A stretch of 64,000 nucleotides of DNA from an uncultured Gemmatimonadales bacterium (GTDB taxonomy: Bacteria; Gemmatimonadota; Gemmatimonadetes; Gemmatimonadales; Gemmatimonadaceae). Below are positions 18,745 to 28,913 of the stretch, piece after piece. Position 1 is the first letter of the stretch, and every line of letters starts with the position of its first letter. The position numbers and the translations under genes are program-made. The notes beneath the pieces are model-generated. The model saw only the letters and a list, made by a program, of their open reading frames with translations. It was not told the origin of the DNA and made no database searches. The stretch lies in contig OY969695.1 of NCBI GenBank assembly GCA_963701965.1, positions 3,680,001 to 3,744,000 of the forward strand. Direction: 5' to 3'.

Positions 18745-21202
18745 ATGCGCATGCGCGCCTTGCGCGGCCTTGTCGCGCTCTGCGCGCTGCTGCTGGCGGC
18801 GCCGGCCTTCGCGCAGGATTCGCTCATCACGTGGGGCCCGCTGCCCCCCGGCACGCCGCACGGAGAGCGGAAGCGCACGTTTGACCTGCAGCATCAAGTC
18901 GTCCACGTGCGGTTCGACTGGGCGCGTCACGCCGTCGTCGGCGCGACATCCCTCACGGTCGCCGGCCTGGCCGACGCCCCGACGCGCGACGTGGCGATCA
19001 ATGCCGTCGGGATGCGCATCAACGCCGTCACCGCCACCGGCGGTGCGGCGCTGCCCCACGAGTATGACGGCAAGACGCTGACGGTCAGACTGCCCAGCGC
19101 GCTCAGAGTAGGGAGACCGGTGACATTCACCGTGGCCTACGAGACGGTCAAGCCCAAGAAGGGCGCGTATTTCATCGATCGGCGCCACGTCGTGTGGACG
19201 CAGGGCGAAATGGAAGACACCCGATACTGGGTGCCGACCTACGACGAGCCGAACGACAAGGAGACCTGGGAGTTTTTCGTCCGGACAGCCCGCACCGAGA
19301 AGGCGCTCTCCAACGGGCGGCTCGCGGGCTCCCGCGACGTCGACGGCGAGACGGAATGGCACTGGGTGCAGGACACGCCGGCGTCCACGTATCTCATGAC
19401 GGCGGTCACGGGCGACTACGTCGTGGTGCAGGACAAATGGCACACCGTGCCGCTCGGCTACTGGACGTATCCGGACTCGGTCGCGGCCGCCTGGCGAGGG
19501 TTCGGGGAGACGCCGCACGCCGTGGATCTCTTCTCGACGAAGACGGGCGTCGATTATCCGTGGGCCAAGTACGATCAGATCGTGGCGCCGGACTACATCT
19601 TCGGCGGGATGGAGAACGTCACGGCCACCACGCAAAACGACGATGAGATCCTGCACCCGGCGTGGGCGGAGCCGGACGCCAACGCGGTGGATCTCATGTC
19701 CCACGAGCTGGGGCACCAGTGGTATGGCGACTTCCTGACGATGGCCTCTTGGAAGGACGCGTGGCTCAACGAAGGCTTCGCGACTTTCATGGAGGAGTAC
19801 TACCGCGAAGCAGCCCACGGCGCCGATGAGGGCACGCGCGACCGCATGGAGGCGCAGGACCAGATCGTGGCCGCGGACCGCCAAGCGCGGCGCCCGGTCG
19901 TCTACGATCGGTGGGTCAACGACCCGCTGGAGTTGTTCACGATCATCTATCCGAAGGGCGCCACCGTCCTCCAGATGCTCCGGCACCAGCTCGGCGACTC
20001 GACGTTCTGGGCGGCCATGCACCGCTACACGGTCGATCACGCGCATGGCGTCGTCACCACCGCGGATTTCGAGAAATCGGTGGAGCAGGCCACGGGGCGC
20101 GATCTGGCGACGTTCTTCCGCCAGTGGGTCTACGGGGCCGGCCTGCCGGCGTTCCGCGTGTCGGCGACGTACGACTCGGCCGCCCATCAGGTCACGTTCA
20201 CCGCCCGCCAGGTCCAGCCGCGCGACAGCCTCACGGGGTTTTTCGACGCCGACGTGGACGTGGCCGTCTACACGGACCACGGCGTGACGCGGGCCGTCGT
20301 TCCGGTGCACGGCGAGGTGTCGACCGCGGTTGTCGCCGCCAATGGTGCGCCACGGGCGCTCCGGTGGGACGTCGGGCGGTGGGTGCTTCAGGTCTATGAT
20401 TTTCCGCGGACGACGCCGATGCTGGCGTACCAGCTGGCGCACGATGATGACGTGGCGGGGCGCATCGAAGCGGTGAACCTGTTGGCGCACTCCACCGATC
20501 CCACCGCGGGCGCGGCGATCGCCGACGCGGGCACACACAATGCGTTTTGGTCCGTGCGGGCAACGGCCGCGCGCGCGCTGCACGCGTCGCGCGATTCTAC
20601 GGCCGTGCGCGCGCTGCTGTCCGCGGCGAACGATCGCGATTCCCGCGTGCGCGAAGCGGCGGCCACGGCGCTGGGTGCTGGTGGCGCCTCAACCCCCGCG
20701 GTACTGGCACGCCTCACCGCGATGGCCAGCGGCGATTCGTCGCTCTACGCGCGGGGCGAGGCGTTGTTCACCCTGGCGCGCCTCGACACGGCGGCCGCGA
20801 TGCCCCTGATCCGCGCGGCGCTGGGCGTCGATTCGTGGATGGACCTGGAACGCGTCTCGGCGCTGGGCGCGCTCGCGCTCACGCATTCGCCAGAATGCGT
20901 TCGCGCTGGCCGCGCGCTTCACGGGACCCAACGCGACGCGATTCGCGCGCTTGGCGGCGATTCAACCGCTGGTGCAATCGGCGCGTGAGACATGCCGACA
21001 GGCGGATGCGTTGGCCGCGCTCACCCCGAGCCTCGGCGATCGCGATCTCTTCGTGCGCGAAGCCGCGGCCCAGGCGCTCGGCACCCTCGGCTCCCAGGGC
21101 AGCGTGGAGCCGCTGGAATCGCGGAAACGCGTGGAAGCCGAGGGCCGCGTCCTCACCGCCATCGACGATGCCCTTGCGGCGATCCGCGCGGGGAGCCATT
21201 AG
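18745..21202 (+). CDS. M1 family aminopeptidase with C-terminal HEAT repeats; apparent +1 frameshift near 20894
   Basis: Signal peptide, GGMEN, HELGHQW, WLNEGFA, YPKG. HEAT repeats continue in the shifted frame (DAFALAARF...DRDLFVREAAAQALG) to the stop at 21202. Confidence 0.85.
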
Positions 21203-21246
21203 GATCTGCTGGGCACCGCTTGCCACCTTTGGGGTAGACCTCCCGC

Positions 21247-21810
21247 ATGGTACTGCGCCGGCTGTTGTCCTGTGTCGAGCTCGCGCTGGCCGTTGCCTTT
21301 GTGGCGGCCAGCGGCTGTGTCTTGAGCTCGGCGCTGCCGGCCACCGCGGCGGCCCAACACCCGCGCCCCACCCCTCCGCCGCCCCCGCCCAAACCGGTGC
21401 CGCGGGCCGTGCACCCAAAGGCCCTGCCCGCTCAGCCCCAGGTCAGTGCGCCGCAGAACGGTGCGCTCAAGAACGGCCTCCCGCAGGGCACCCGCGTGAT
21501 GCCGGAGGAAGGCTCGAGCGTGCCCCATCCGCCGCCCCACCCGTGGGAGTCGCGCAACACCGACATCCCCGCGGCCGAACGGCCGCCGCCGGGCCAGTGC
21601 CGCGTCTGGCTCAACAACGTGCCGGCCGGCAGCCAACCGGCCCCCACGACGTGCAGCCGGGCGATCCAGATGCGCCCGCCCAACGGGCGCGTGGTCTTCG
21701 GCGACGACACGCGCCGGCCGACGGCCACGCGCGTCCCGCCGGCCTCGGGCGGCTCGGAATCCACGCCGGTGCCGGCACCGCCTGGCGACCGGCCTCAGGG
21801 CGAGCAGTAA
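21247..21810 (+). CDS. Pro-rich secreted hypothetical protein with a PPPGQCRVW...PAPTTC Cys-pair motif
   Basis: Signal-like N-terminus, Pro-rich linker, compact two-Cys domain. Confidence 0.6.
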   Translation: MVLRRLLSCVELALAVAFVAASGCVLSSALPATAAAQHPRPTPPPPPPKPVPRAVHPKALPAQPQVSAPQNGALKNGLPQGTRVMPEEGSSVPHPPPHPWESRNTDIPAAERPPPGQCRVWLNNVPAGSQPAPTTCSRAIQMRPPNGRVVFGDDTRRPTATRVPPASGGSESTPVPAPPGDRPQGEQ

Positions 21811-21813
21811 GCG

Positions 21814-24234
21814 TTACTCGCCCCGCAACGCTCTGGCTGGGTCAATCTTGGTCGCGCGTTGGGCTGGAATGATTGTGGCGGCAAGGGTCACCAGCGCCAT
21901 GAGTGCAGCCGCCCCCGCGAAAACCTGCGGATCGCTGGGGCTCGTGTCGTATAGCATGCTTTGTAGCACCTGCGTGGCGACGTAGGCACCAGCGAGCCCT
22001 AACGCGACGCCAGCGCCGACAATCACGAGCGCCGAGCGCAGATGCTCCACGAGCACGCGGCGCCGTGCTGCGCCCAACGCCATCCGAATGCCTATCTCCG
22101 TGGTGCTCTCATGAACGAGGTACGAGACGACCCCATAGAGGCCCACGGCGGCAATCACGAGGCTCATGATAGCGAACGCGCCAAACACGACTGCGTTGGT
22201 CCGAAGCGGGGAGAGCCTACGTTCGCGCACCGCGGTCATACTCGTCACACCGACGACGGGTGCCGTCGGAAGAGAGCTCCTGACGACCGAACGGACGGCA
22301 CTCACGAGACTCGCGGACGGGCCGGCGGTACGAACGAAGATGCGCAGGTGCGTCGTACCGACTTGGGCCAGAGGACGATAAAGAACCGGGTTGTAGTGCC
22401 GGATCGCGCTCAACGCGCCGTCTGGGGCCGGCTCGCCAGCAATGCCAACGATCGTCATCCAAGGCGATGGGCTCGATGGTGGCCCGAATCTGATTCGCCT
22501 GCCGATCGCATTTTCGCGCGGAAAGAGACTCCGGGCGGTGGAATCCGACAGTATCGCGACGGGTGGTGCCAGAGGGCCGTCCACAGTGGAGAACTCTCGG
22601 CCGCGAATGGGGAGCGTCGTGACAGTTCGGAAATATCCGGCTGAAATCACCTCTGCGGATGTCGGCACGGCGGAGCCGGAAAGCATCGCTCGGTCACCCT
22701 CGCGTGTCATACCTTCCGCATCCGGGTCTGAAGCGGCTCCTCGACCAGCCACTCCTTGCACGCCCGGCAATCCGGAGAGGCGCTGCAACAGCTCGAAGGC
22801 GGTAACCCGTTGGTCCGTTGCCTGATTGCCATGGCGTTTGGTCAAGTCTACCAGGCCGGTGACGAGCTGCCCTTCGGCTAAGCCGGTGTTTCTGCTTGCC
22901 GCCCTGAGGAAGGACTTTCCGAGGAGTCCTGCGCACGTCAGCAATACCAAGGTGCAGGCCATCTGAGCGCAGAGGATGTGACGGCGTGTCGTCATGGCGC
23001 TCCTCGTAAGGCCCGACGAGAGATCTGTCCGCGTCAGAACATGCGCGCCTCCGTTCGTTGCGATGATCGCGGGCCACACGCTGGCAGCCAGCGCGCTTAG
23101 CGCCGAGGCTGCCAGCGCGAATACGAGCACGCGTGCGTCGATCGTAAAGCGCGTCCAATACGGTATGTCCCGGGCAGGCAACGCATACGCCAACCGGATG
23201 CCCCAGACCGACAGCGCTACGCCAATGGCGCCGCCCGCCATCGATACACAGACTCCCTCGGCGAGCAGCTCCCTCCACACTCTTGCTCGCGGAGCGCCCA
23301 GCGCCATGCGGATCGCGATCTCGCGTCGCCGAGCGCTGAATCGGGCCACGAACAATCCGGCGAGGTTGCCGCAAGCGACGGCAAGCACGAGGATGACGGC
23401 ACCCAAGAAAAGGGGATACGACGCCGTATACTCCCGGGCGAACAAGTAGCGGAGCGAGTGTACCGTCGGACGCGCCGGCGGTCGGAGAAGAGTCGAGACC
23501 CGCGATTGCAATTGGGCCGAACTGTATCCAGCCCCGAGACGACCCACGACGCGAGCCTCGGCTGGCGGCCGGTCGTGGGCGCCGACCTCGGACGACGCCA
23601 GCGCGATGAAGAACGGGACTCCGGGAGAGATGGCCGGGTCATCCACATCGAGGATGGGCCTGCCGACCGGCAGATCACGCGCCGCAACACCAACCACGCG
23701 GTACGTGCGATTGTCTAGGGACACCGAGCTGCCGATGACCGTCGAGTCGCCGTGGAACGCGTCCTGCCAGAACGCGTGACTCAGCACCATCACCAATTGC
23801 GCCGAGGCGCGATCGTCATCTGCCGTCAATCCACGGCCAAGGGCGGGGCGAAGCCCCAACAATGAGAAGAAGTTGCCCGACACGGCGGCTCCGACGCCGT
23901 AGGTCGTCTCGAATCGCGTGCTGAGCACGCCCCAATACTCGACGCCGTAGGCAACGTCCGCGACAGGGCCCAGATGGTCGCTCCACTGCGGCAGGTCTGA
24001 CGGTGGAATGGGGATCGAGCAGCCGTTGACGCAGGCGTGGCCGGGCGTGACCTGCTGGGCCATGACCAGGAGTGACGCATCGCGATATGGAAGCGGCCGG
24101 AAATACACGGCGTTCACGATGCTGAATACCACCGTGCATGCCGCGACGCCGAGCGCGATCAGGGACGCCGCGACGACTACGAAGCTCGGGGTTCGAGTCA
24201 GCGCTCGAATGGCGTATCGAAAATCTCGTCCCAT
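21814..24234 (-). CDS. ADOP-type duplicated ABC permease (MacB-PCD + FtsX, twice)
   Basis: DFRYAIRAL.RTP.F, RPLPY, ACGNLAGL, RRREIAIRMALGA, EIGIRMALGA, IPAQRATKIDPARALRGE. Confidence 0.9.
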   Translation of the reverse strand: MGRDFRYAIRALTRTPSFVVVAASLIALGVAACTVVFSIVNAVYFRPLPYRDASLLVMAQQVTPGHACVNGCSIPIPPSDLPQWSDHLGPVADVAYGVEYWGVLSTRFETTYGVGAAVSGNFFSLLGLRPALGRGLTADDDRASAQLVMVLSHAFWQDAFHGDSTVIGSSVSLDNRTYRVVGVAARDLPVGRPILDVDDPAISPGVPFFIALASSEVGAHDRPPAEARVVGRLGAGYSSAQLQSRVSTLLRPPARPTVHSLRYLFAREYTASYPLFLGAVILVLAVACGNLAGLFVARFSARRREIAIRMALGAPRARVWRELLAEGVCVSMAGGAIGVALSVWGIRLAYALPARDIPYWTRFTIDARVLVFALAASALSALAASVWPAIIATNGGAHVLTRTDLSSGLTRSAMTTRRHILCAQMACTLVLLTCAGLLGKSFLRAASRNTGLAEGQLVTGLVDLTKRHGNQATDQRVTAFELLQRLSGLPGVQGVAGRGAASDPDAEGMTREGDRAMLSGSAVPTSAEVISAGYFRTVTTLPIRGREFSTVDGPLAPPVAILSDSTARSLFPRENAIGRRIRFGPPSSPSPWMTIVGIAGEPAPDGALSAIRHYNPVLYRPLAQVGTTHLRIFVRTAGPSASLVSAVRSVVRSSLPTAPVVGVTSMTAVRERRLSPLRTNAVVFGAFAIMSLVIAAVGLYGVVSYLVHESTTEIGIRMALGAARRRVLVEHLRSALVIVGAGVALGLAGAYVATQVLQSMLYDTSPSDPQVFAGAAALMALVTLAATIIPAQRATKIDPARALRGE

Positions 24235-24298
24235 CGCCGCCGTGGTGGAGCGAAGATCAGTCTACGGCACCCCAGGCAGACCATCAAGGTTCAGAGTT

Positions 24299-24952
24299 TC
24301 ACCGCTCCGCAGCCATGGTACGCACCAGGCTGTCCAACATCTTTTGACTCTCGCTGTTGTAACCGAGCATGAGCACGTTATTGACCAGAAAGGTCGGTGT
24401 GCCTCGAACGGTGAGCGCCGTCGCCGCGAGAGTATCGCGCACCACGATCCTGGCTGCCGAGTCGTCCGTCAGACACCGAACGAACGTCAATGTGTCGTTG
24501 ATCCCGGCCATACGGGCGAATCTGACCCATGGCAATTTGCCGATCGCATCGGCGTGCGCGTAGAGGACGTCGTGCATGGCTTCGAAGGCTCCTTGTCGGG
24601 CAGCACACTCCGACGCCACGGCCGCGAGGAATGAGAACTCGTGGCCAGGGTAGTGGCGATAGATGACGGCGACATCGTTTGGGTGCTGCTGCCTGATCGC
24701 ACTCAGGCCGGCCACGGCGCGCCGGCAAAACGGGCACTGATAGTCGGCGAATTCTACGATGGTGACCGGTGCCCTTTGCGGACCGACGCGATTCCCGGCC
24801 GTGCCATATTGCTTCCAGTCTCGCACCAAGCGCGGAGCCAGAGGGTCCGCCGGTGCGTGATGGAAGCGTAGGCCCGTGATGACCAGCGCGGACAACACCA
24901 GGAGGCCAATGGCGCCATCTACGATCCACCGCAGCACGGCCCGAGCGGGCAT
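24299..24952 (-). CDS. Membrane-anchored DsbA/thioredoxin-like disulfide oxidoreductase
   Basis: N-terminal TM, APVTIVEFADYQCPFC, YRHYP, cis-Pro GTPTF; ATG overlaps the peptide stop (TGATG). Confidence 0.9.
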   Translation of the reverse strand: MPARAVLRWIVDGAIGLLVLSALVITGLRFHHAPADPLAPRLVRDWKQYGTAGNRVGPQRAPVTIVEFADYQCPFCRRAVAGLSAIRQQHPNDVAVIYRHYPGHEFSFLAAVASECAARQGAFEAMHDVLYAHADAIGKLPWVRFARMAGINDTLTFVRCLTDDSAARIVVRDTLAATALTVRGTPTFLVNNVLMLGYNSESQKMLDSLVRTMAAER

Positions 24953-25143
24953 CAGCCGCACATGTTCTCGGGGTGGAAGCAGACAACGCACCCGTCCGCG
25001 CCACAATTGGACGAGTTTGAGCAGGGAATCGGGCAGAGCTTTCGTGCGTGAGAGGGGGCTTGTTGTTGGGCGGCCACGGGACGCGAACGGCCGGCAGCAA
25101 TGAGGGCAACCGAGGCGAGAATCAGGAGAAACCTGCGCGTCAT
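24952..25143 (-). CDS. Secreted six-cysteine knottin-like peptide precursor
   Basis: GGAG SD 5 nt before ATG; signal peptide ending VAA; C-terminal CPIPCSNSSNCGADGCVVCFHPENMCG; stop overlaps the DsbA start. Confidence 0.75.
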   Translation of the reverse strand: MTRRFLLILASVALIAAGRSRPVAAQQQAPSHARKLCPIPCSNSSNCGADGCVVCFHPENMCG

Positions 25144-25281
25144 ACCTACTCCGGGTCGGGGTACCTGACGCTAGCCCATGGTTGTGGCAGCTCCGAGTTC
25201 GTCTCCAAGCGAGAATATGAAGCGTGGACGGCACAGATCTGCCGCATTCACGTACTTTTCGTCGATGGTCCGCCAAGCCCA

Positions 25282-27885
25282 ATGACACGTAAGCCGGTCG
25301 ACCGCTTCCTGCCGCCGGACCACGCGGCGTTCGTCGCGGCCGAGCCGCCGACGGGCCGCGTCATCGTCATCGCGCCGACGCGCGCCGCCTGCGAGACGAT
25401 CGAGCTGGCCCTGGGCCTCCAGCTGGACACGTTCCTGGAGCGCGAGCACGGCGCCGATGTGCGGCGTCTCGCGGCATCGCGGCAGGGGTTCGGCATCGTG
25501 GCCGGCACGGGCACCGGCAAGACGCTGGCGATTCGCCCGATCGCCGAGGCGATTCTGCGCGCGCCGCTCCGCGTCGGGGTCGTCAACCGCGAGCGCGAGG
25601 CGACGCCGGAGACGCCGACGTGGAACGTCGTCATCGTGACGACCGGCATCGCCCGCCGCTGGTTTCAGGCCGGCGACATCCTGCCGACCGATACGCTGGT
25701 CGTCGACGAGATTCACCAGACGTCGGCCGAATTGGAGCTCTGTCTCGCCCTCGGTCTTCGAACAGGATGCCGCTTCATCTGGCTCTCGGCGACCGTCGAC
25801 CCCCGCTTCTACGCGCGCTATCTCGGATCGGCCGAAGTGATCGAGAGCACGGCGTTCGATCCGACGAAGGCGGCGCGGGTGACCATCGTGCGGAAGGATC
25901 CGACGGAGTTTCTGGACGACAAGTTCCTGAAAGACGTCGCCCGCGAGAAGCGCGGCGTCGGCGTGTTTCTTCCGACGCGGGCCATCGTCGAGCAGGTGGC
26001 CGAGGACGTGGCGACGAAATTTCCGCGCATCAATGCCGCCTACTATCACGGCGGTGAGCCGATCCGCGTCATCCGCCCCTTTCTCGAAACCGACGACGCG
26101 CGGCCCTACGTGCTGGCGATGACGGCCGCGGGGCAAAGTGCGCTCAACGTCCGCGGGTTGAACACGGTCGTCATCGACGACACGCGCTTTACCAACGTCA
26201 TCGAGCGCGGGCGCAACGTACTCACCCGCCTCCATCTCGGTGCCAACGAGATCCTGCAGATGGCGGGACGGGTGCACGGCCGCGTCGCGGGCGGGCGCGT
26301 GTTCATCCTGTCCGACCGCGACATCCACTTCGCGGCGCTCCGGCCGGTAGAGCCGGAGTTCCAGCTGGCGGGCGACTCCGAGCGGGTCGCGCTGGCCTGC
26401 GCCGCGCTGGGCGTCCGGGCCGACGAGCTGGATCTGCCGGTGCCACTCGACCGGCCGGCGTACCGGCGCGCCGTGGACCTGTTGGAGTGGCGGGGCATTA
26501 TCGAAGCGGGGCGACTCACGGCCTACGGGCGCGCCATCGAGTCGCTGCCCGTGGAGCGGGCGTGGGCCGAGTTGGTGGTGAACGCCGAGGATGACCTGCT
26601 GCCCGTCGTGGCGGTGATGAGCGCCATCGAGTCGCTGCACCGGATGACGCGCGACGAGCGCGACCTGAGCGGATTGATCGTGGCCGGCAGCGACCATCTC
26701 TCGGCGTATAACGTGTACGCCGAGGCGTTCCGCCTCCACGGGTCCATAGGAGAAGTCTACGGACTGCCCCGGCACGTCTTCGCTCCCGAGCTCGACGAGT
26801 GGGCGGAGCGCCGCGGCGTGCTCGTCAAGGCGATCGAGGACGCGGCGTTGGGCGTGGCCAGCGTGTATCGCAGCGTCGCCCTGCCACTGCCGGCCGATCT
26901 TCCCCCGGCGCGCGATGCGACGTTCCGCAAATTCGCGGATCTCCTCGCCCGGTTCATGCCCTTCGATCTCGTGATCGACGAGGAGACGGCCGACGGACAG
27001 CCGGCCCGCGTCTCGCGGAGCAGCGTCGCCGGGAGCTGGGGGGCCATCGCCGGCACCCTCCGCTATTTCGCGGACAAGTTCGGCATCGCGCGCGCCGCCA
27101 TCGAAGGGACCCAGGTCTCCATGGATCTCATCCGCCGATACGCGCGTCGCTCGGCGCCCGAGGTCGTGTACGACGCGAGCCGCAAGCATCAGGCACTCGT
27201 GGTCCGACGCCGGCTGGAGTACTTCGGGTTCGAGCTCGAGCGCGAGACAGAGTCCCTGGAGGACTTTGGCGAGCAGGCCGACGCGGCGCGCGATGCCCTC
27301 GCCGGGGCGCTCGCCTCCGGTGAAGCGCGCCATCCCGCCGTCCGTCGCCATCAGCGCGTGGTCGACGAGATCCGGGACGCGTATCGTCGCTCCGGCGGCC
27401 AGACGCCGCGGCTCGGCGCCGCCGAGTTGGCCGCGCTGTATCGGCGCGCACTCGAACCCGTCGGCTCCTACGCTGAATTTCGTAGTGCGCCGCTGACCAT
27501 CGATCTCGACGCGGTGCTCGCGCCGGAGGCGCGGCACCGCTATCGCGATCTGCCGTCCGAGGCCATGGTGCGCGGGCAGAGCGTCCCGATCGACTACGAT
27601 GTCGAGGAGACGGAACGCGGTCCGCTCGGGGTGGCCCGGTTGAGGCTCCCGGCAAAAATTGCGCGCACGTTGACCGAGGCCGAGCTACCGGTGCTGGATC
27701 GGCCGCTCCGCTTCATCGTCACCCGCGGCCAGCTCGGCGCCGTGCGCGCCGATACGCTCGACGCGCTGCAGGACAAGCTCGACGAGCCCTGGTCGCCGCC
27801 CAAGCGCGCGCGGCCCCACCCGAACCCGAACCTCCGGCACGGCAAGCACGCCAAGCACCACAAGCGCGGCCGTCGCCGGCGGTAG
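25282..27885 (+). CDS. SF2 DExH-box helicase (HrpA/HrpB-like) with basic C-terminal tail
   Basis: GTGTGKT, DEIH, SAT, FLPT, QMAGRVHGR, GRLTAYGRAI (HA2-like). Confidence 0.85.
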   Translation: MTRKPVDRFLPPDHAAFVAAEPPTGRVIVIAPTRAACETIELALGLQLDTFLEREHGADVRRLAASRQGFGIVAGTGTGKTLAIRPIAEAILRAPLRVGVVNREREATPETPTWNVVIVTTGIARRWFQAGDILPTDTLVVDEIHQTSAELELCLALGLRTGCRFIWLSATVDPRFYARYLGSAEVIESTAFDPTKAARVTIVRKDPTEFLDDKFLKDVAREKRGVGVFLPTRAIVEQVAEDVATKFPRINAAYYHGGEPIRVIRPFLETDDARPYVLAMTAAGQSALNVRGLNTVVIDDTRFTNVIERGRNVLTRLHLGANEILQMAGRVHGRVAGGRVFILSDRDIHFAALRPVEPEFQLAGDSERVALACAALGVRADELDLPVPLDRPAYRRAVDLLEWRGIIEAGRLTAYGRAIESLPVERAWAELVVNAEDDLLPVVAVMSAIESLHRMTRDERDLSGLIVAGSDHLSAYNVYAEAFRLHGSIGEVYGLPRHVFAPELDEWAERRGVLVKAIEDAALGVASVYRSVALPLPADLPPARDATFRKFADLLARFMPFDLVIDEETADGQPARVSRSSVAGSWGAIAGTLRYFADKFGIARAAIEGTQVSMDLIRRYARRSAPEVVYDASRKHQALVVRRRLEYFGFELERETESLEDFGEQADAARDALAGALASGEARHPAVRRHQRVVDEIRDAYRRSGGQTPRLGAAELAALYRRALEPVGSYAEFRSAPLTIDLDAVLAPEARHRYRDLPSEAMVRGQSVPIDYDVEETERGPLGVARLRLPAKIARTLTEAELPVLDRPLRFIVTRGQLGAVRADTLDALQDKLDEPWSPPKRARPHPNPNLRHGKHAKHHKRGRRRR

Positions 27886-27953
27886 GCTTGGCGCCGTCGC
27901 ATGCGCCTTACGAACGGCTGAGGCCCACGAAGATTCCGTCGCGGTGCCGAGAG

Positions 27954-28913
27954 TTACTGGACCTGCCAGGCACCGCCTTTCTCGGACGCTCCCACGTATC
28001 CCAGGACAAGATCCCAAGATTCGACAGCGTGACGTATTGCCTCACTGGACTGTGCTGTGTTGCGATCCACGGAGTGTCGATCATAGCCGTGGGTGACCCA
28101 CGTCGATAGGGCACGGAGGGCGAGTTCTTTTGGCAATTCGCACAGGTCGTCGAAATACCAAACCAGGAATGTGTCCAACACTCGCAGGGCGGCTATCGCG
28201 TTGTCAGCATTCCAGTCCGTTGGGACGCGACTGAATTTGAGCTTCGGAAAAAGGTCGATCTTCGTCGGCCGTGTATTGATTGGTCTCACCCTTACCTTGA
28301 TGTGCACATTCTCGTTCCGTAGCTCCGTCAATTCTCCCAATGCTTTTGTTCGCGAATCTGTGCGAGGAAGGGCCTTATCGGGCCGGCGTAGCTGCAGGAA
28401 GAAGTCGAGTTTGTCGAGCATCGACAACTTCTCCAGGCCTGTTTCCAGGCTCTTTGCAAAGCCGAGGTGATGTAGCAGCGCGTTGGCGGCGGCCTCCGGC
28501 AGCAGGGCGGTAACCCTCATGCTCGCACGGGCATTGAGAGAAGAATATCTCTTGTCGCCCGAAGCCTCGGAGAGCCTCGCGAGATTCACGGCGTCCTCAA
28601 CGGTGGAAATGAAGCTAGCGATTTCGACCACCTGATTTGGTCGCGTCGCCGGCCAGGGTTTTGGCTTTCGCGGTGGCAACAATGGTCGAATGCGCTCCGC
28701 AATGTCATCGATGACCCCATTTCCAGATCGCCGTGTCTGCGACCACAATCTATCGAGCATGTCCCACGTGAATCCGAAGGGCTGGCCGAAGAGGCTCCTC
28801 GCCGCGGACGCGTGAGCTGCTGCCATTTCTGTTGGACTCGAGGGGGAAACGGCGGTCCGTTCGACGCTCTCCCATTCTTCCGGAGTCAAGGGTGAGTCGA
28901 AGTGCACGCGCAT
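27954..28913 (-). CDS. Hypothetical protein, putative HEPN-like nuclease (RNENVH)
   Basis: 319-aa ORF with atypical, more A/T-rich codon usage; helical region with LRNENVH matching R-x4-H. Confidence 0.55.
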   Translation of the reverse strand: MRVHFDSPLTPEEWESVERTAVSPSSPTEMAAAHASAARSLFGQPFGFTWDMLDRLWSQTRRSGNGVIDDIAERIRPLLPPRKPKPWPATRPNQVVEIASFISTVEDAVNLARLSEASGDKRYSSLNARASMRVTALLPEAAANALLHHLGFAKSLETGLEKLSMLDKLDFFLQLRRPDKALPRTDSRTKALGELTELRNENVHIKVRVRPINTRPTKIDLFPKLKFSRVPTDWNADNAIAALRVLDTFLVWYFDDLCELPKELALRALSTWVTHGYDRHSVDRNTAQSSEAIRHAVESWDLVLGYVGASEKGGAWQVQ

